Source: an uncultured Dehalococcoidia bacterium (GTDB lineage Bacteria; Chloroflexota; Dehalococcoidia; SZUA-161). Taken from it: a stretch of DNA of 50,068 bases. The notes under the pieces are model-generated. The model did not search any database. It was not told where the DNA came from and saw nothing but the letters and a program-made list of their open reading frames with translations. Position numbers and translations under genes: made by a program. Every line of letters starts with the position of its first letter. Within the stretch, counting starts at the first letter, position 1. Where the stretch lies: contig CAYVES010000004.1 of NCBI GenBank assembly GCA_964449845.1, positions 1 to 50,068 on the forward strand, read 5' to 3'. Below, piece after piece: positions 1 through 8,894 of this stretch.

Positions 1-145
1 CGCTGGCCATGCAATTCGCTCTGTCCAGCAGGGTGTCGTACGTTATCCGCTCTTTTGCGCAGACCATAGCCTCCTGCTTTGGGTATTTAGCTCCCACCCT
101 GTCCACTATGCTTCCTAAGGTATCGCCGGGTTTTGTCTCCATCAT
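1..145 (-). CDS. AMP-dependent synthetase/ligase (acyl-CoA synthetase family), N-terminal 48 codons only; gene runs off the left edge
   Basis: Reverse-strand translation from ATG at 145 gives MMETKPGDTLGSIVDRVGAKYPKQEAMVCAKERITYDTLLDRANCMAS, the usual N-terminal pattern of adenylate-forming enzymes. A GGGGGAGAAG Shine-Dalgarno lies directly upstream. Too short for the ORF track. Confidence 0.5.
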   Translation of the reverse strand, partial: MMETKPGDTLGSIVDRVGAKYPKQEAMVCAKERITYDTLLDRANCMAS

Positions 146-511
146 CTTCTCCCCCTTGACAGATTTCTTCCGGCCAGTTTATGGAAGTCCCTATCTACCT
201 GCTCCTGGTCTCGGATTTCTCAGCCTGCAATGACATTTGCCCGGTAATGCCCGCTTGCAGCTTCCTCGTTTGAACAAGAGTTTTGGCCAAAATAGTATAA
301 GTTGGGGCTGTACCACGTGTCAATGTTTGCGGTGCTTGGTTCCACCCAGGTTGATTTCAAAAAGGAGGGCGTTGGCTCGTCAATCCAAGCCGGCTCGTTG
401 ACAGCGAGCGAGGAGTATCTTAAAATACCTACGCTTCCTGGTGTTCTCCTCAAGATTCAAAAGGGACATGACTAGAAGGCTGTCACTACATCTCCAGGAA
501 AGAGGCAACAT

Positions 512-2302
512 ATGACCAGTCACAACAAGGTTGGGAAGCTAAGCGATATCGGGGAGTTTGTCAAGGATGGAAGCTTTGTAGCTATCGGGGGCGGCTGGAG
601 CTGCAACAAGCCCATGGCCATCATCAGGGAAATCATCCGGCAGAAAATCACCGGCTTGAAGGTGATGTCCATCGTCGGGGGCTGGGAAATGGAGTGGCTT
701 CTGGCTGCGGGCGCGGTGGACCATCTGGTCTTCAGCTTTTTGAGCCTGGAGGCTTTCGGCCTGCCTCCCAACTTCCGCAGAGTCGCGCAGAGAAACCTGA
801 TCGAGCTAACCGAAATCGAGGGCTGCAGCATGGTCAAGGGGCTGCAGGCTGCGGGAAGAGGTGTTCCCTTCGCTGCGTTCGCCGGACCCAAAGGATCGGA
901 TATCGTCAAGGAAGCCCCCGAGCTATATAAAACCGTGACCTGCCCCTTTACCGGCAAAGAACTCACCGCCGTGCAGGCTATCGCGCCCGACGTGGCCATC
1001 ATCCACGCCCAAAGGGCCGACGAGCAGGGGAACGTGCAGATTTTCGGCACCTCCGCATCGGACCTGGATATGGCCATGGCCGCCAGGTACGTAGTCGTAA
1101 CCGTGGAAGAGATCGTCTCCCCGGAACAGATTCGCGCCGATAAAACGGCAACCGTGCTCTTCCGCCCCGAGGTTGACCTGGTGATCTACTCCCCCTTCGG
1201 AGCCTCCCCCTGCAGTTGCGTCCCTTACTATTCCGCTCACCTAATGCAGATGATGAAGGATGTCCAGGGCATCGGCAATCCCGAGACCGCGGGCGAATAC
1301 ATCCAAGGACTCATTGGCCAAAGTGAAGAGGAGTACATGAGGAATGTCGGTGGGGAGACGGCCAGGAGGAAACTCACAAGGTTGGCCAAGAATACCAGGC
1401 GCATCGAGTTTCCTCAGGCTCTGAGCGACGAGGCTGCACCGGAGTTCGATGCCTCTTCTCAGATGGTGGTTAGCCTGGCCCGCACCATTGAGGACGGAGA
1501 TTCCATTATACTGGGCTCGTTCACCCCACTGGCGTACACCGCGTACATGCTGGCCAAGCTGACCCATGCGCCCAACGCCTTCATCGTGGGCTATAGCGGC
1601 GTTGACCCTCTTCCCTTTCAGTTGAGCTTCCACACCTCGGAGGCTGCCTGCACCGAGTTTGCCGCGGGGCTCTGGTCGATGACAGAATGCATTGAAGCTT
1701 TGCACCTGCGGGGAATGGGGGATGTAGAGGCCGTTTCCAGCGCGCAACTGGACGCCAATGGCGATATCAACATCTCCTGGCTGGCGCTGCCGGTCAAGGA
1801 CGCCGAGGGCAATCCCACGGGCGAAATGAATCCCCGCGCGCTGCGGCTGCCCGGAGGCGCCGGCGCACCGGTGGTCTACGGCCTGCATCGCAAGAGCGTC
1901 GCTTACTTCGCAGGCCACTCGAAAAACACCTTTGTTCCCAAGGTCAACTATATCACGGGCACCAGGTACTACTTCACCGACGAGGAGCGCAGGGCCCAGG
2001 GACTCCGCCCCGGCCCCATGACCGTGGTCACCAATCTCTGCGTCATGCAGATGGTCGAGCGCGGCAAATGGAAGGTTCTGTCGCTGCACAACGGCGTCAC
2101 AGCCGAGGACGTCATCAGCAACACCGGGTTCGAAGTGGAAATCCCTTCGGATTGCCCGGTTACCAAAGCACCCACCGTGCAGGAACTCGAACTGATCAAG
2201 CAGATCGACCCGCAGGGCATCAGGTTTCTGGACTTCATGAGCGGTAAAGAACGGGCCGCCAAACTCCCGTCCATCATTGAGGCCGAATGGGAAACTGCCT
2301 GA
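512..2302 (+). CDS. Family I CoA-transferase, fused A+B subunits (glutaconate/3-oxoacid CoA-transferase-like)
   Basis: 596-aa ORF. The N-terminal DGSFVAIGGGWSCNKPMAIIREI and the second half (GDSIILGSFTPLAYTAYMLAK) look like alpha and beta CoA-transferase halves in one chain. An RBS precedes the ATG. Confidence 0.8.
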   Translation: MTSHNKVGKLSDIGEFVKDGSFVAIGGGWSCNKPMAIIREIIRQKITGLKVMSIVGGWEMEWLLAAGAVDHLVFSFLSLEAFGLPPNFRRVAQRNLIELTEIEGCSMVKGLQAAGRGVPFAAFAGPKGSDIVKEAPELYKTVTCPFTGKELTAVQAIAPDVAIIHAQRADEQGNVQIFGTSASDLDMAMAARYVVVTVEEIVSPEQIRADKTATVLFRPEVDLVIYSPFGASPCSCVPYYSAHLMQMMKDVQGIGNPETAGEYIQGLIGQSEEEYMRNVGGETARRKLTRLAKNTRRIEFPQALSDEAAPEFDASSQMVVSLARTIEDGDSIILGSFTPLAYTAYMLAKLTHAPNAFIVGYSGVDPLPFQLSFHTSEAACTEFAAGLWSMTECIEALHLRGMGDVEAVSSAQLDANGDINISWLALPVKDAEGNPTGEMNPRALRLPGGAGAPVVYGLHRKSVAYFAGHSKNTFVPKVNYITGTRYYFTDEERRAQGLRPGPMTVVTNLCVMQMVERGKWKVLSLHNGVTAEDVISNTGFEVEIPSDCPVTKAPTVQELELIKQIDPQGIRFLDFMSGKERAAKLPSIIEAEWETA

Positions 2303-2346
2303 AAAGCGCCAAATCAATATGCGTTCATCCATAAGGAGGAGAGCAG

Positions 2347-4053
2347 ATGTTTGACGAGAAAACTCTGGAACAATGCCGAAAACTGATGGAGCAGTACGAG
2401 GCCGCTATCGCTGAGCGGTATCAGGGGAGGGACTTCTCCTCGACTACGGGCTCATCGGGGATACCGATAAAGCCGTTATACACCCCGTTGGACATACAGG
2501 ACCTCGACTTTGAAAAGGATATTGGTGTGCCCGGCTCTTATCCTTACATGAGAAGCAACTACCCCCTGCACTATCAGTTCCAGCCATGGATAAATCAACC
2601 GGTGCACGGCTATGGACTGCCGGAACATACTCGGGAGCGGATGGACAAGCTGGCCGAAGCCGGGATGGAGGGTTACTTCGGCGGCCGAGCCTACAACATA
2701 GTGGTTGACGTCCCGACCCACTTTGGAGTCGACCCCGACGACCCCGATGCACAAGGGTATATAGGCAAGGACGGAGTGAGCTGCCCCACCGACGAGGATT
2801 TCGGTCGAATGCTCCACGGCATAGACCTCACCAAGACCAACATTGTGCTCATAAACGGCGACACCCTCCCTTATCTGGCCCACTTCATTGCATATGCCGA
2901 GTCTCAGGGCCTAACACCGGATCAGCTTCGGGGCAACACCATGAACTGGCAGTTTGGAGCGTGGTATGCCCCGAACCATCTCTGGGAAACCGAGGGCGGC
3001 CTCAAACTGGCCACTGACGTCATCTGCTTCTGCAGCAAAGAGATGCCCAGGTGGAACCATACCAATATCCAGGGTCACGGCATGTCGGAAACAGGCGCAG
3101 ACGCCGTCCACCAGATGAGCTACGGTATAGCCACGGCCAGGGCGATTGCTGACTCATGCGTCGCCGCAGGCCTGGACCCGGACGCCTTCATGCCGGGAAT
3201 AGGATTTCAGATAGCCCAGTGTAATGACTTCTTCGAGTATGTTTGCATGTTCAGAGCGTGGAGAAAGCTGTGGGCAACCATTGCTCGGGAGAGATACGGC
3301 TGCAAGCGGGCATCATCCATGCAGTTGAGGACGCACACACATACCTCCTGCTTTGAGTTGACCAAGCAGCAGCCGCTGGTGAACCTGATTCGCAGCGCCT
3401 ATCACGCCCTGGGTGCGTGCCTCTCAGGTACAACGGCGATGGAAGTCCCGGCATATGATGAGCCGATTGGCATTCCCACCGAGGAGTCGGCAATTCTAAC
3501 GCTGAGGATACAGCAGGTCATACGCCATGAGACAGGCATAACCAAGGTGAGCGATCCGCTTGCAGGGTCCTATTACGTAGAGTGGCTTACACACAGGATG
3601 GAGCAGGAAGCGAGAAAGGTTTTGAAGGAAATAGACGATGCCGGCGGCTTCGTGAAGGCCCACAAGAGCGGCATGCTGATGGGCACGCTGCGCAAGCACT
3701 CCAGCGAGTGGCGGCGGGCGATTGATAGCGGGGAAAACGTAATCGTAGGCTGGAACAAGTATATCGTGCCTGAAGAGGGGAAAATCAAACCCTTCCGCGC
3801 CGATCCTGACGTGGCCAGGATTGCCATAGAACGAATCAAGGAATACAAAGCCAGGCGTGACCAGGCAAAGACCGACGCAGCTCTCAACGCGCTGGTGGCG
3901 GCAGCGGAGCGATTGGACAAAGGTGAGTACGGTCATGTCATGCCAGCGTGCATCGAGGCGGCCAGGGCCAAGGCAACCGCGGGCGAGATATCAAAAACCC
4001 TGAGGAAGGTCTTCAAATGGGGGCCCCAGTACAGCGTGTCACTGCCGCACTAG
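2347..4053 (+). CDS. B12-dependent acyl-CoA mutase family, large (substrate-binding TIM barrel) subunit; divergent, substrate unknown
   Basis: 568 aa. Contains SGIPIKPLYTP, PGSYPYMRS, AYDEPIGIPTEES and DPLAGSYYVEWLT blocks typical of methylmalonyl/isobutyryl-CoA mutase large subunits. AGGAGGAGAGCAG sits before the ATG. Confidence 0.88.
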   Translation: MFDEKTLEQCRKLMEQYEAAIAERYQGRDFSSTTGSSGIPIKPLYTPLDIQDLDFEKDIGVPGSYPYMRSNYPLHYQFQPWINQPVHGYGLPEHTRERMDKLAEAGMEGYFGGRAYNIVVDVPTHFGVDPDDPDAQGYIGKDGVSCPTDEDFGRMLHGIDLTKTNIVLINGDTLPYLAHFIAYAESQGLTPDQLRGNTMNWQFGAWYAPNHLWETEGGLKLATDVICFCSKEMPRWNHTNIQGHGMSETGADAVHQMSYGIATARAIADSCVAAGLDPDAFMPGIGFQIAQCNDFFEYVCMFRAWRKLWATIARERYGCKRASSMQLRTHTHTSCFELTKQQPLVNLIRSAYHALGACLSGTTAMEVPAYDEPIGIPTEESAILTLRIQQVIRHETGITKVSDPLAGSYYVEWLTHRMEQEARKVLKEIDDAGGFVKAHKSGMLMGTLRKHSSEWRRAIDSGENVIVGWNKYIVPEEGKIKPFRADPDVARIAIERIKEYKARRDQAKTDAALNALVAAAERLDKGEYGHVMPACIEAARAKATAGEISKTLRKVFKWGPQYSVSLPH

Positions 4054-4090
4054 CTGCCGGCAGCCAACTCAAGGTAGGAGGTACTGAGAA

Positions 4091-4489
4091 TTGAAATCCA
4101 ATGGCAAAGCCAAGGTCCTTCTGGTCAAGCACTGGATGGAGTGCCATGACCGGGGGGTAAAAACAGTCGTAGCGAGCCTGAGGGATGCGGGTTTCGAGGT
4201 GGTCTATATTGTGTATATGAGGCCGGAGGAGATAGTAGCCTCAGCCGTTGAGGAGGACGTGGATGTGATAGGGATGAGCTTCTCAACGGGGGCCTATGAT
4301 GCTCACGTACCAGAGGTGATGAAGCTGCTGAGAGAAAAAGGCATGGAAGACGTGATGGTGCTGGTCGGAGGCCTGATACCGGATGAGGACTTCGACTGGC
4401 TGAAGAAAGAGGGCGTCAGGGAGATATTCGGCGCCGGCTCAGACCTAAACCAGTTGATCGAGCTTGTAGGCACAGCACGCAAGGCATAA
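4091..4489 (+). CDS. Acyl-CoA mutase small subunit (cobalamin-binding Rossmann domain)
   Basis: 132 aa with a TTG start after GGTAGGAGG. Carries KVLLVKHWMECHDRG (an ExHxxG variant of the DxHxxG base-off/His-on motif), VIGMSFSTG and LVGGLIP. Confidence 0.82.
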   Translation: MKSNGKAKVLLVKHWMECHDRGVKTVVASLRDAGFEVVYIVYMRPEEIVASAVEEDVDVIGMSFSTGAYDAHVPEVMKLLREKGMEDVMVLVGGLIPDEDFDWLKKEGVREIFGAGSDLNQLIELVGTARKA

Positions 4490-4490
4490 A

Positions 4491-5426
4491 ATGATAACAA
4501 AACCGACTGTTCTTGTGCTCGGAGCAGGCGCAAGTGTGTCATACGGATTTCCGTCTGGAGAAGCGCTCCTCCGCAAAGTTCATGATGGCCTTCATCCAAG
4601 TAGCAGTTGGGGCTGGCATCAGGTTCTCGACCACTGCGGAGTGTCTCAAGCCGAATGGCAGGCTTTCCGACTCGAGCTTTATAACTCCCAGCAATCATCT
4701 GTAGACGCCTTCCTTGAATATCGCCCCGAGTTCCTCAAGGTCGGAAAGCTTGCTATGACTCTTGCCCTGGTCCCTAATGAGGATGAGAGCACGCTTTTAG
4801 GCTTTGCCTATAGGGGGTCTGGCTGTTACCAGTACCTATTTAGCAGCCTAAACGTGTCTTTCGATGACTTGGACAAGAACAGGCTCTCGATCATTACTTT
4901 CAACTATGATAGATCAATCGAGCATTACCTCTTCAAAGCTTTGAAATACACTCACAATAGACCAGATGTCGAATGTGCAGAGACGCTGAGCAAGATTCCC
5001 ATAGTCCATGTGCATGGCAGTCTTGGCGCACTTCCTTGGCAGTCACAGCAAGCTAGGGCCTATGTTCCCACGTATACCGCGGAAGATATACAATCGGCCA
5101 GCGAGAAAATCATAGTGGTTTCCGAAGGCCAAGAAACATCCCCGGAGTTTGAGCGTGCATTCAAGCTAATGGAGAAGGCAGAGAGAATCTACTTCCTTGG
5201 CTTCGGCTACAATCGAGTGAATTTACAGCGTTTGGGAGTGCACAAATTGCCCAAGCGGCCGCAGGTAATACCTAATAGACTACCTTTTAACGCTCGAGGG
5301 TTAGGAACTGCACATGGTATGGAGGATGCTGAAATGGAGGCCGTCAAATCAAGATGGGATATCTTCCTCCCCGACAATACGAGTGATTGCTTGCGTTTCC
5401 TTAGAAAATACGCACAACTCGATTGA
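4491..5426 (+). CDS. SIR2-like (SIR2_2-type) domain protein
   Basis: 311 aa. VLVLGAGASVSYGFPSG, ITFNYDRSIEHYL, VHVHGSLG and YFLGFGYNRVNL follow the order of SIR2-like domain motifs. The ATG lies 1 nt after the stop of the preceding B12-binding subunit. Confidence 0.6.
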   Translation: MITKPTVLVLGAGASVSYGFPSGEALLRKVHDGLHPSSSWGWHQVLDHCGVSQAEWQAFRLELYNSQQSSVDAFLEYRPEFLKVGKLAMTLALVPNEDESTLLGFAYRGSGCYQYLFSSLNVSFDDLDKNRLSIITFNYDRSIEHYLFKALKYTHNRPDVECAETLSKIPIVHVHGSLGALPWQSQQARAYVPTYTAEDIQSASEKIIVVSEGQETSPEFERAFKLMEKAERIYFLGFGYNRVNLQRLGVHKLPKRPQVIPNRLPFNARGLGTAHGMEDAEMEAVKSRWDIFLPDNTSDCLRFLRKYAQLD

Positions 5427-5470
5427 GTTAGGACACTGGTGTCGACTTGGCGCATAGAGCAGATTAGGCT

Positions 5471-5631
5471 CTAATCGAAGGGGTATTCCAGCACCCCCAT
5501 TGGGTTATAGGGGAGGCCCACGCCCATCCTCTTCACGCCGGCGACCTCGCCGGTGGTGCAGTTGGCCTTGCAGCACTCCATCTCGAAACAGAGGATCTCG
5601 GGGTCATCGGCCTCAACGGCCGTGTCTCCTC
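5471..5631 (-). pseudogene. Orphan duplicate of the last ~52 codons plus stop of the acyl-CoA mutase large-subunit gene at 7160-8893
   Basis: 161 nt align without gaps to 7160-7320, with about 8 mismatches by eye. It would encode ...AVEADDPEILCFEMECCKANCTTGEVAGVKRMGVGLPYNPMGVLEYPFD*, and there is no upstream coding continuation. Confidence 0.75.
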
Positions 5632-5684
5632 ATCGAAAGACGCCCGATCCCGTGTCAAACCGCGTCTGAACCCACCCAGCCTGC

Positions 5685-7061
5685 CTATTCCGCCGCCAGG
5701 ACGCACCCCGGATTTAGTATGCCGTTGGGGTCGAAAACTTTCTTTATGCCACGCATGAGGTCGATCCTTTTCTGATCAAGGAACATGTCGAGGTCCGGCG
5801 GCCTGACCTTGCCCAGCCCGTGCTCCGCAGTCATCGTTCCTCCCAATTTCAGGGTCTCCTCGTAGATGGCCCGCTTGGCTTCTCTGAGCTTGCTCCCATC
5901 GCCCTCGACGAGGTCCATCAGCAGTGCCGGGTGAAGATTGCCGTCTCCCGCATGACCGAGCATCGGAATGGCGGTGCCGAAACGTTGCGCCACGGTGTCT
6001 ATGGCGTCCATGAGAGCCGCCATGCTGGCGGGAGGCACGGCTATGTCCAGAGCGTCTGCGATATAGGGCTTGGCGGCGAGGTAAACGTTGCTTCTGATCT
6101 TCAGGATGTCCGCCTGCTTCTTCTTGCTCTCACCTACCACGGGCTCAAGGCCGCCGCATTCCTGGCAGATATCGGAGAACCTTGCACAGGCCGAGAGCAT
6201 CTCCTCTTCGCTGCTGCCTTCGACTATTATCATCAGGAATGCGCTGCCAGCCTTGGAGGGCCAGTCCATGCTCAGGCTGTCAGCGGAGGCTTCGGCTGCG
6301 GCGCGGTCCATGTACTCTATTGCCAGCGGAATGATCCCGCTCTGGAGGATTCGCGGAACCGTGCGGATCGCGTCGTGGCGATCGTGGAAAGGCACGATCA
6401 TTGTAGCCGAAGCAGGGGGACGGGGGAACAACCGCAGGACCGCCTTTGTGATGACGCCCAGCGTTCCCTCGCTGCCTATCAACAAGTGCATGAGACTATA
6501 TCCGGTATTGTCCTTTATCAGCTTCCCACCCATGTTCAGCACCTCACCCGTAGGCATCACGACTTCGAGGCCCCGGACGTAGTTTCTCATGACGCCGTAT
6601 TTCACCGCGCGTGCGCCGCCGGCGTTGCACGCGACGAGCCCGCCTACCTGCGCGCTTTCGTCGCCGGGGTGTGGTGGAAAGAACAGACCCTCTTCCTCGA
6701 CTCTGCTCTGCAGCTCTCCAAGCGTGGCTCCGGCCTCCACGACTGCCATCAGATTATCATTGTCGACATGAACCGCTTTCAGTCTCTCCAGCGACAGTAT
6801 GATGCCATCCTGGGTCGGGATAGCGCCCCCGCACAGTCCCGTCCCGCCGCCTCGGGGGAACACAGGGATTCTCTCCTCGTTGGCGAGCTTGAGGATTCTG
6901 CTGATTTCCTGAGCGTCCGCGGGCTTCACCAGGACCACCTCCGTGGCTGGCTGGGGCTTGATCCCCGGCGCTGTCTCGTCAGTCAGGTAGTCTATGATTT
7001 TCTCTTCTTCGGTAGTGACCCAGCTGGTTCCCACAATCTCCCTAAGTCTATCCACTATCAT
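5685..7061 (-). CDS. FAD-linked oxidase (GlcD / D-2-hydroxyacid dehydrogenase family)
   Basis: 458 aa. PVFPRGGGTGLCGGAIP is the FAD PCMH domain signature, and the C-terminal GGTMTAEHGLGKVR plus FDPNGILNPG are typical of the family. Confidence 0.85.
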   Translation of the reverse strand: MIVDRLREIVGTSWVTTEEEKIIDYLTDETAPGIKPQPATEVVLVKPADAQEISRILKLANEERIPVFPRGGGTGLCGGAIPTQDGIILSLERLKAVHVDNDNLMAVVEAGATLGELQSRVEEEGLFFPPHPGDESAQVGGLVACNAGGARAVKYGVMRNYVRGLEVVMPTGEVLNMGGKLIKDNTGYSLMHLLIGSEGTLGVITKAVLRLFPRPPASATMIVPFHDRHDAIRTVPRILQSGIIPLAIEYMDRAAAEASADSLSMDWPSKAGSAFLMIIVEGSSEEEMLSACARFSDICQECGGLEPVVGESKKKQADILKIRSNVYLAAKPYIADALDIAVPPASMAALMDAIDTVAQRFGTAIPMLGHAGDGNLHPALLMDLVEGDGSKLREAKRAIYEETLKLGGTMTAEHGLGKVRPPDLDMFLDQKRIDLMRGIKKVFDPNGILNPGCVLAAE

Positions 7062-7159
7062 CGTTGGGTCCTCCTCGAGCAGTCTGCCGGTCCCTCGTCG
7101 CTCGTGTTTCTCTGCGGCTGCTGCGCGGGCGTGCCCTGCCCCCGATTGCGGATTCAGTG

Positions 7160-8893
7160 TTAATCGAAGGGGTATTCCAGCACCCCCATTGTGTCATAGG
7201 GGAGGCCCACGCCCATCCTCTTGACGCCGGCAACCTCGCCGGTGGTGCAGTTAGCCTTGCAGCACTCCATCTCGAAACAGATGATCTCGGGGTCATCGGT
7301 CTCAACGGCCCGGCGCAGGTCTTCCAGGGCCTTCCTCGCCTTGGTCTGGGAGCGGGTGCGCTTGAATTCCTTGAGGTCCTCGATGTAGCGATGCACCAGG
7401 TCGAAGTCCACCTGGTGGTGGTAGGCTTCCACGTCAGCGTCTTCCTCCTCGGGGACGGTGAACTCATTGACGCCGACGACAATCCGTTTCTTGTCCTCCA
7501 CCTCCTGCTGGTACTTGAGCCAGGCCTTCTCCATCTCCCTGTCTATGTAGCCGTTGACCACCGCCGCCGACATGCCGCCCATCTCCTCGATGGTATCGAT
7601 GACCTTCTGCATCTCCTCGTCCATCTTTTCGGTGAGGCTCTCCACATAGTAGGAGCCGGCCAGGGGATCGGCCACGGTGGCAACTCCGGTCTCGTAGGCC
7701 AGTATCTGCTGGGTCCTCAAGCCGATGGTGGCTGCCTCCTCAGTTGGGATGGCGATGGCCTCATCGTAGCCAGCAACTTGAAGGGACTGAGTGCCTGCAA
7801 GCACGGCTGCCAGCGCGCCGTAGGCGGCACGCACAATGTTGATCATCGGCTGTTGGCGCTCCATCATGACTCCTGCGGTGTTGACATGGAACTTGAGCTG
7901 CAATGAGCGGGGGGCGGTGGCGCCATATCTCTCCTTAAGGTTACGCGCCCATACCCTTCTCGCTGCTCGGAACTTGACTATCTCCTCAAAGAGGTCGATC
8001 ATGCTGCTGAAAGTGAAGCTCACCTTGGGAGCTACCTGGTCGATGTCCAGCCCACGCCTGGTGAGCATATCGAAAGACTCGAACGCTCTGGCGAACTCCC
8101 ACGCCACCTCCTCGACAGCTCCGACCCCAGTTTCTCTGATAATATAGCCATTGAAGTTAGCCGGATACATTTTGTCACAGTTCCTAGCGATCAGAAACTC
8201 GATCTTGTCTGCGAACTCTTTCATTCTCTTCTGCTGCACCGACGACAGGAGATCGCTGCCGTGCGTGCCGACTGCAGTCCAGGGGATTCCCTGCTGGTCG
8301 GCTGATAGGCGGCCGCCGTACAGGCACACCGGCGCCGAGACCGTCGGCGGGGTGATCACCCCGCTCACCCTGAGCTCTGAGTAAGGGACCCCTTGGTGGT
8401 CGGCCAACAGCAGGTAGGAGGGGAGGGTAAGGGGCGAGTGCGCAGTGAGCATGGTGCTCGTCTCATCCAGGCGTATCCCGTCCAGGATTGTCCACACATC
8501 CTGCATTGTAGTGACGGGGACGCCCGAGCGGCCCACGCTGCCCTCGGCCCAGGGATGGTCGGAGTCGATCTGGATCTGAGTAGGCTGGTCGCAGATGACA
8601 TTGATGGCAGTCTCCCCCTGGCTGATAAGGTATTTCAGCCGCTCGTTGGTCAGCCTGGGAGTGGAGCAGCCAGTGATCTGGCGTCGGCTCCATAGCCGGC
8701 CTCGGTACATGTTTTCATAGATGCCTCTGGTGAAGGGGTAATGGCCAGGATCGCCTATCCTCTGAGCATACTCGATGCCACTGATATCCTTGGGAGTGTA
8801 CACTGGTTTCACTGGGATGCCCGACCAGGTCTCCTGCCTCTCTGACTTCTCGAAGTAGCTGCTTCTTGCCTTCTCAGTCATTTGCCTCACCAC
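7160..8893 (-). CDS. B12-dependent acyl-CoA mutase family, large subunit (second paralog)
   Basis: 577 aa. Contains PGHYPFTRGIYENMYRGRLW, AGYDEAIAIPTEEAATIGLRTQQILAYETGV and DPLAGSYYVESLT. The canonical MRQYAGF block reads RRQITGC. Confidence 0.9.
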   Translation of the reverse strand: MVRQMTEKARSSYFEKSERQETWSGIPVKPVYTPKDISGIEYAQRIGDPGHYPFTRGIYENMYRGRLWSRRQITGCSTPRLTNERLKYLISQGETAINVICDQPTQIQIDSDHPWAEGSVGRSGVPVTTMQDVWTILDGIRLDETSTMLTAHSPLTLPSYLLLADHQGVPYSELRVSGVITPPTVSAPVCLYGGRLSADQQGIPWTAVGTHGSDLLSSVQQKRMKEFADKIEFLIARNCDKMYPANFNGYIIRETGVGAVEEVAWEFARAFESFDMLTRRGLDIDQVAPKVSFTFSSMIDLFEEIVKFRAARRVWARNLKERYGATAPRSLQLKFHVNTAGVMMERQQPMINIVRAAYGALAAVLAGTQSLQVAGYDEAIAIPTEEAATIGLRTQQILAYETGVATVADPLAGSYYVESLTEKMDEEMQKVIDTIEEMGGMSAAVVNGYIDREMEKAWLKYQQEVEDKKRIVVGVNEFTVPEEEDADVEAYHHQVDFDLVHRYIEDLKEFKRTRSQTKARKALEDLRRAVETDDPEIICFEMECCKANCTTGEVAGVKRMGVGLPYDTMGVLEYPFD

Positions 8894-8894
8894 C

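Noticed and set aside
9-453. ORFs 9-233 (+) and 220-453 (-) at the left edge.
   Set aside because: The first is antisense to the acyl-CoA ligase N-terminus. The second lies in the divergent promoter region, with no RBS or recognisable motif.
1241-2332. Long antisense ORFs opposite well-supported genes. Examples: 1241-2332 (-), 5820-7163 (+), 7064-7906 (+), 25711-26784 (-), 30546-31538 (-), 23627-24268 (-), 43659-44351 (-).
   Set aside because: Each lies fully within a gene with strong family motifs on the other strand. Their translations are low-complexity and rich in Arg, Gly, Pro, Leu and His, as expected for shadow frames in GC-rich coding DNA.
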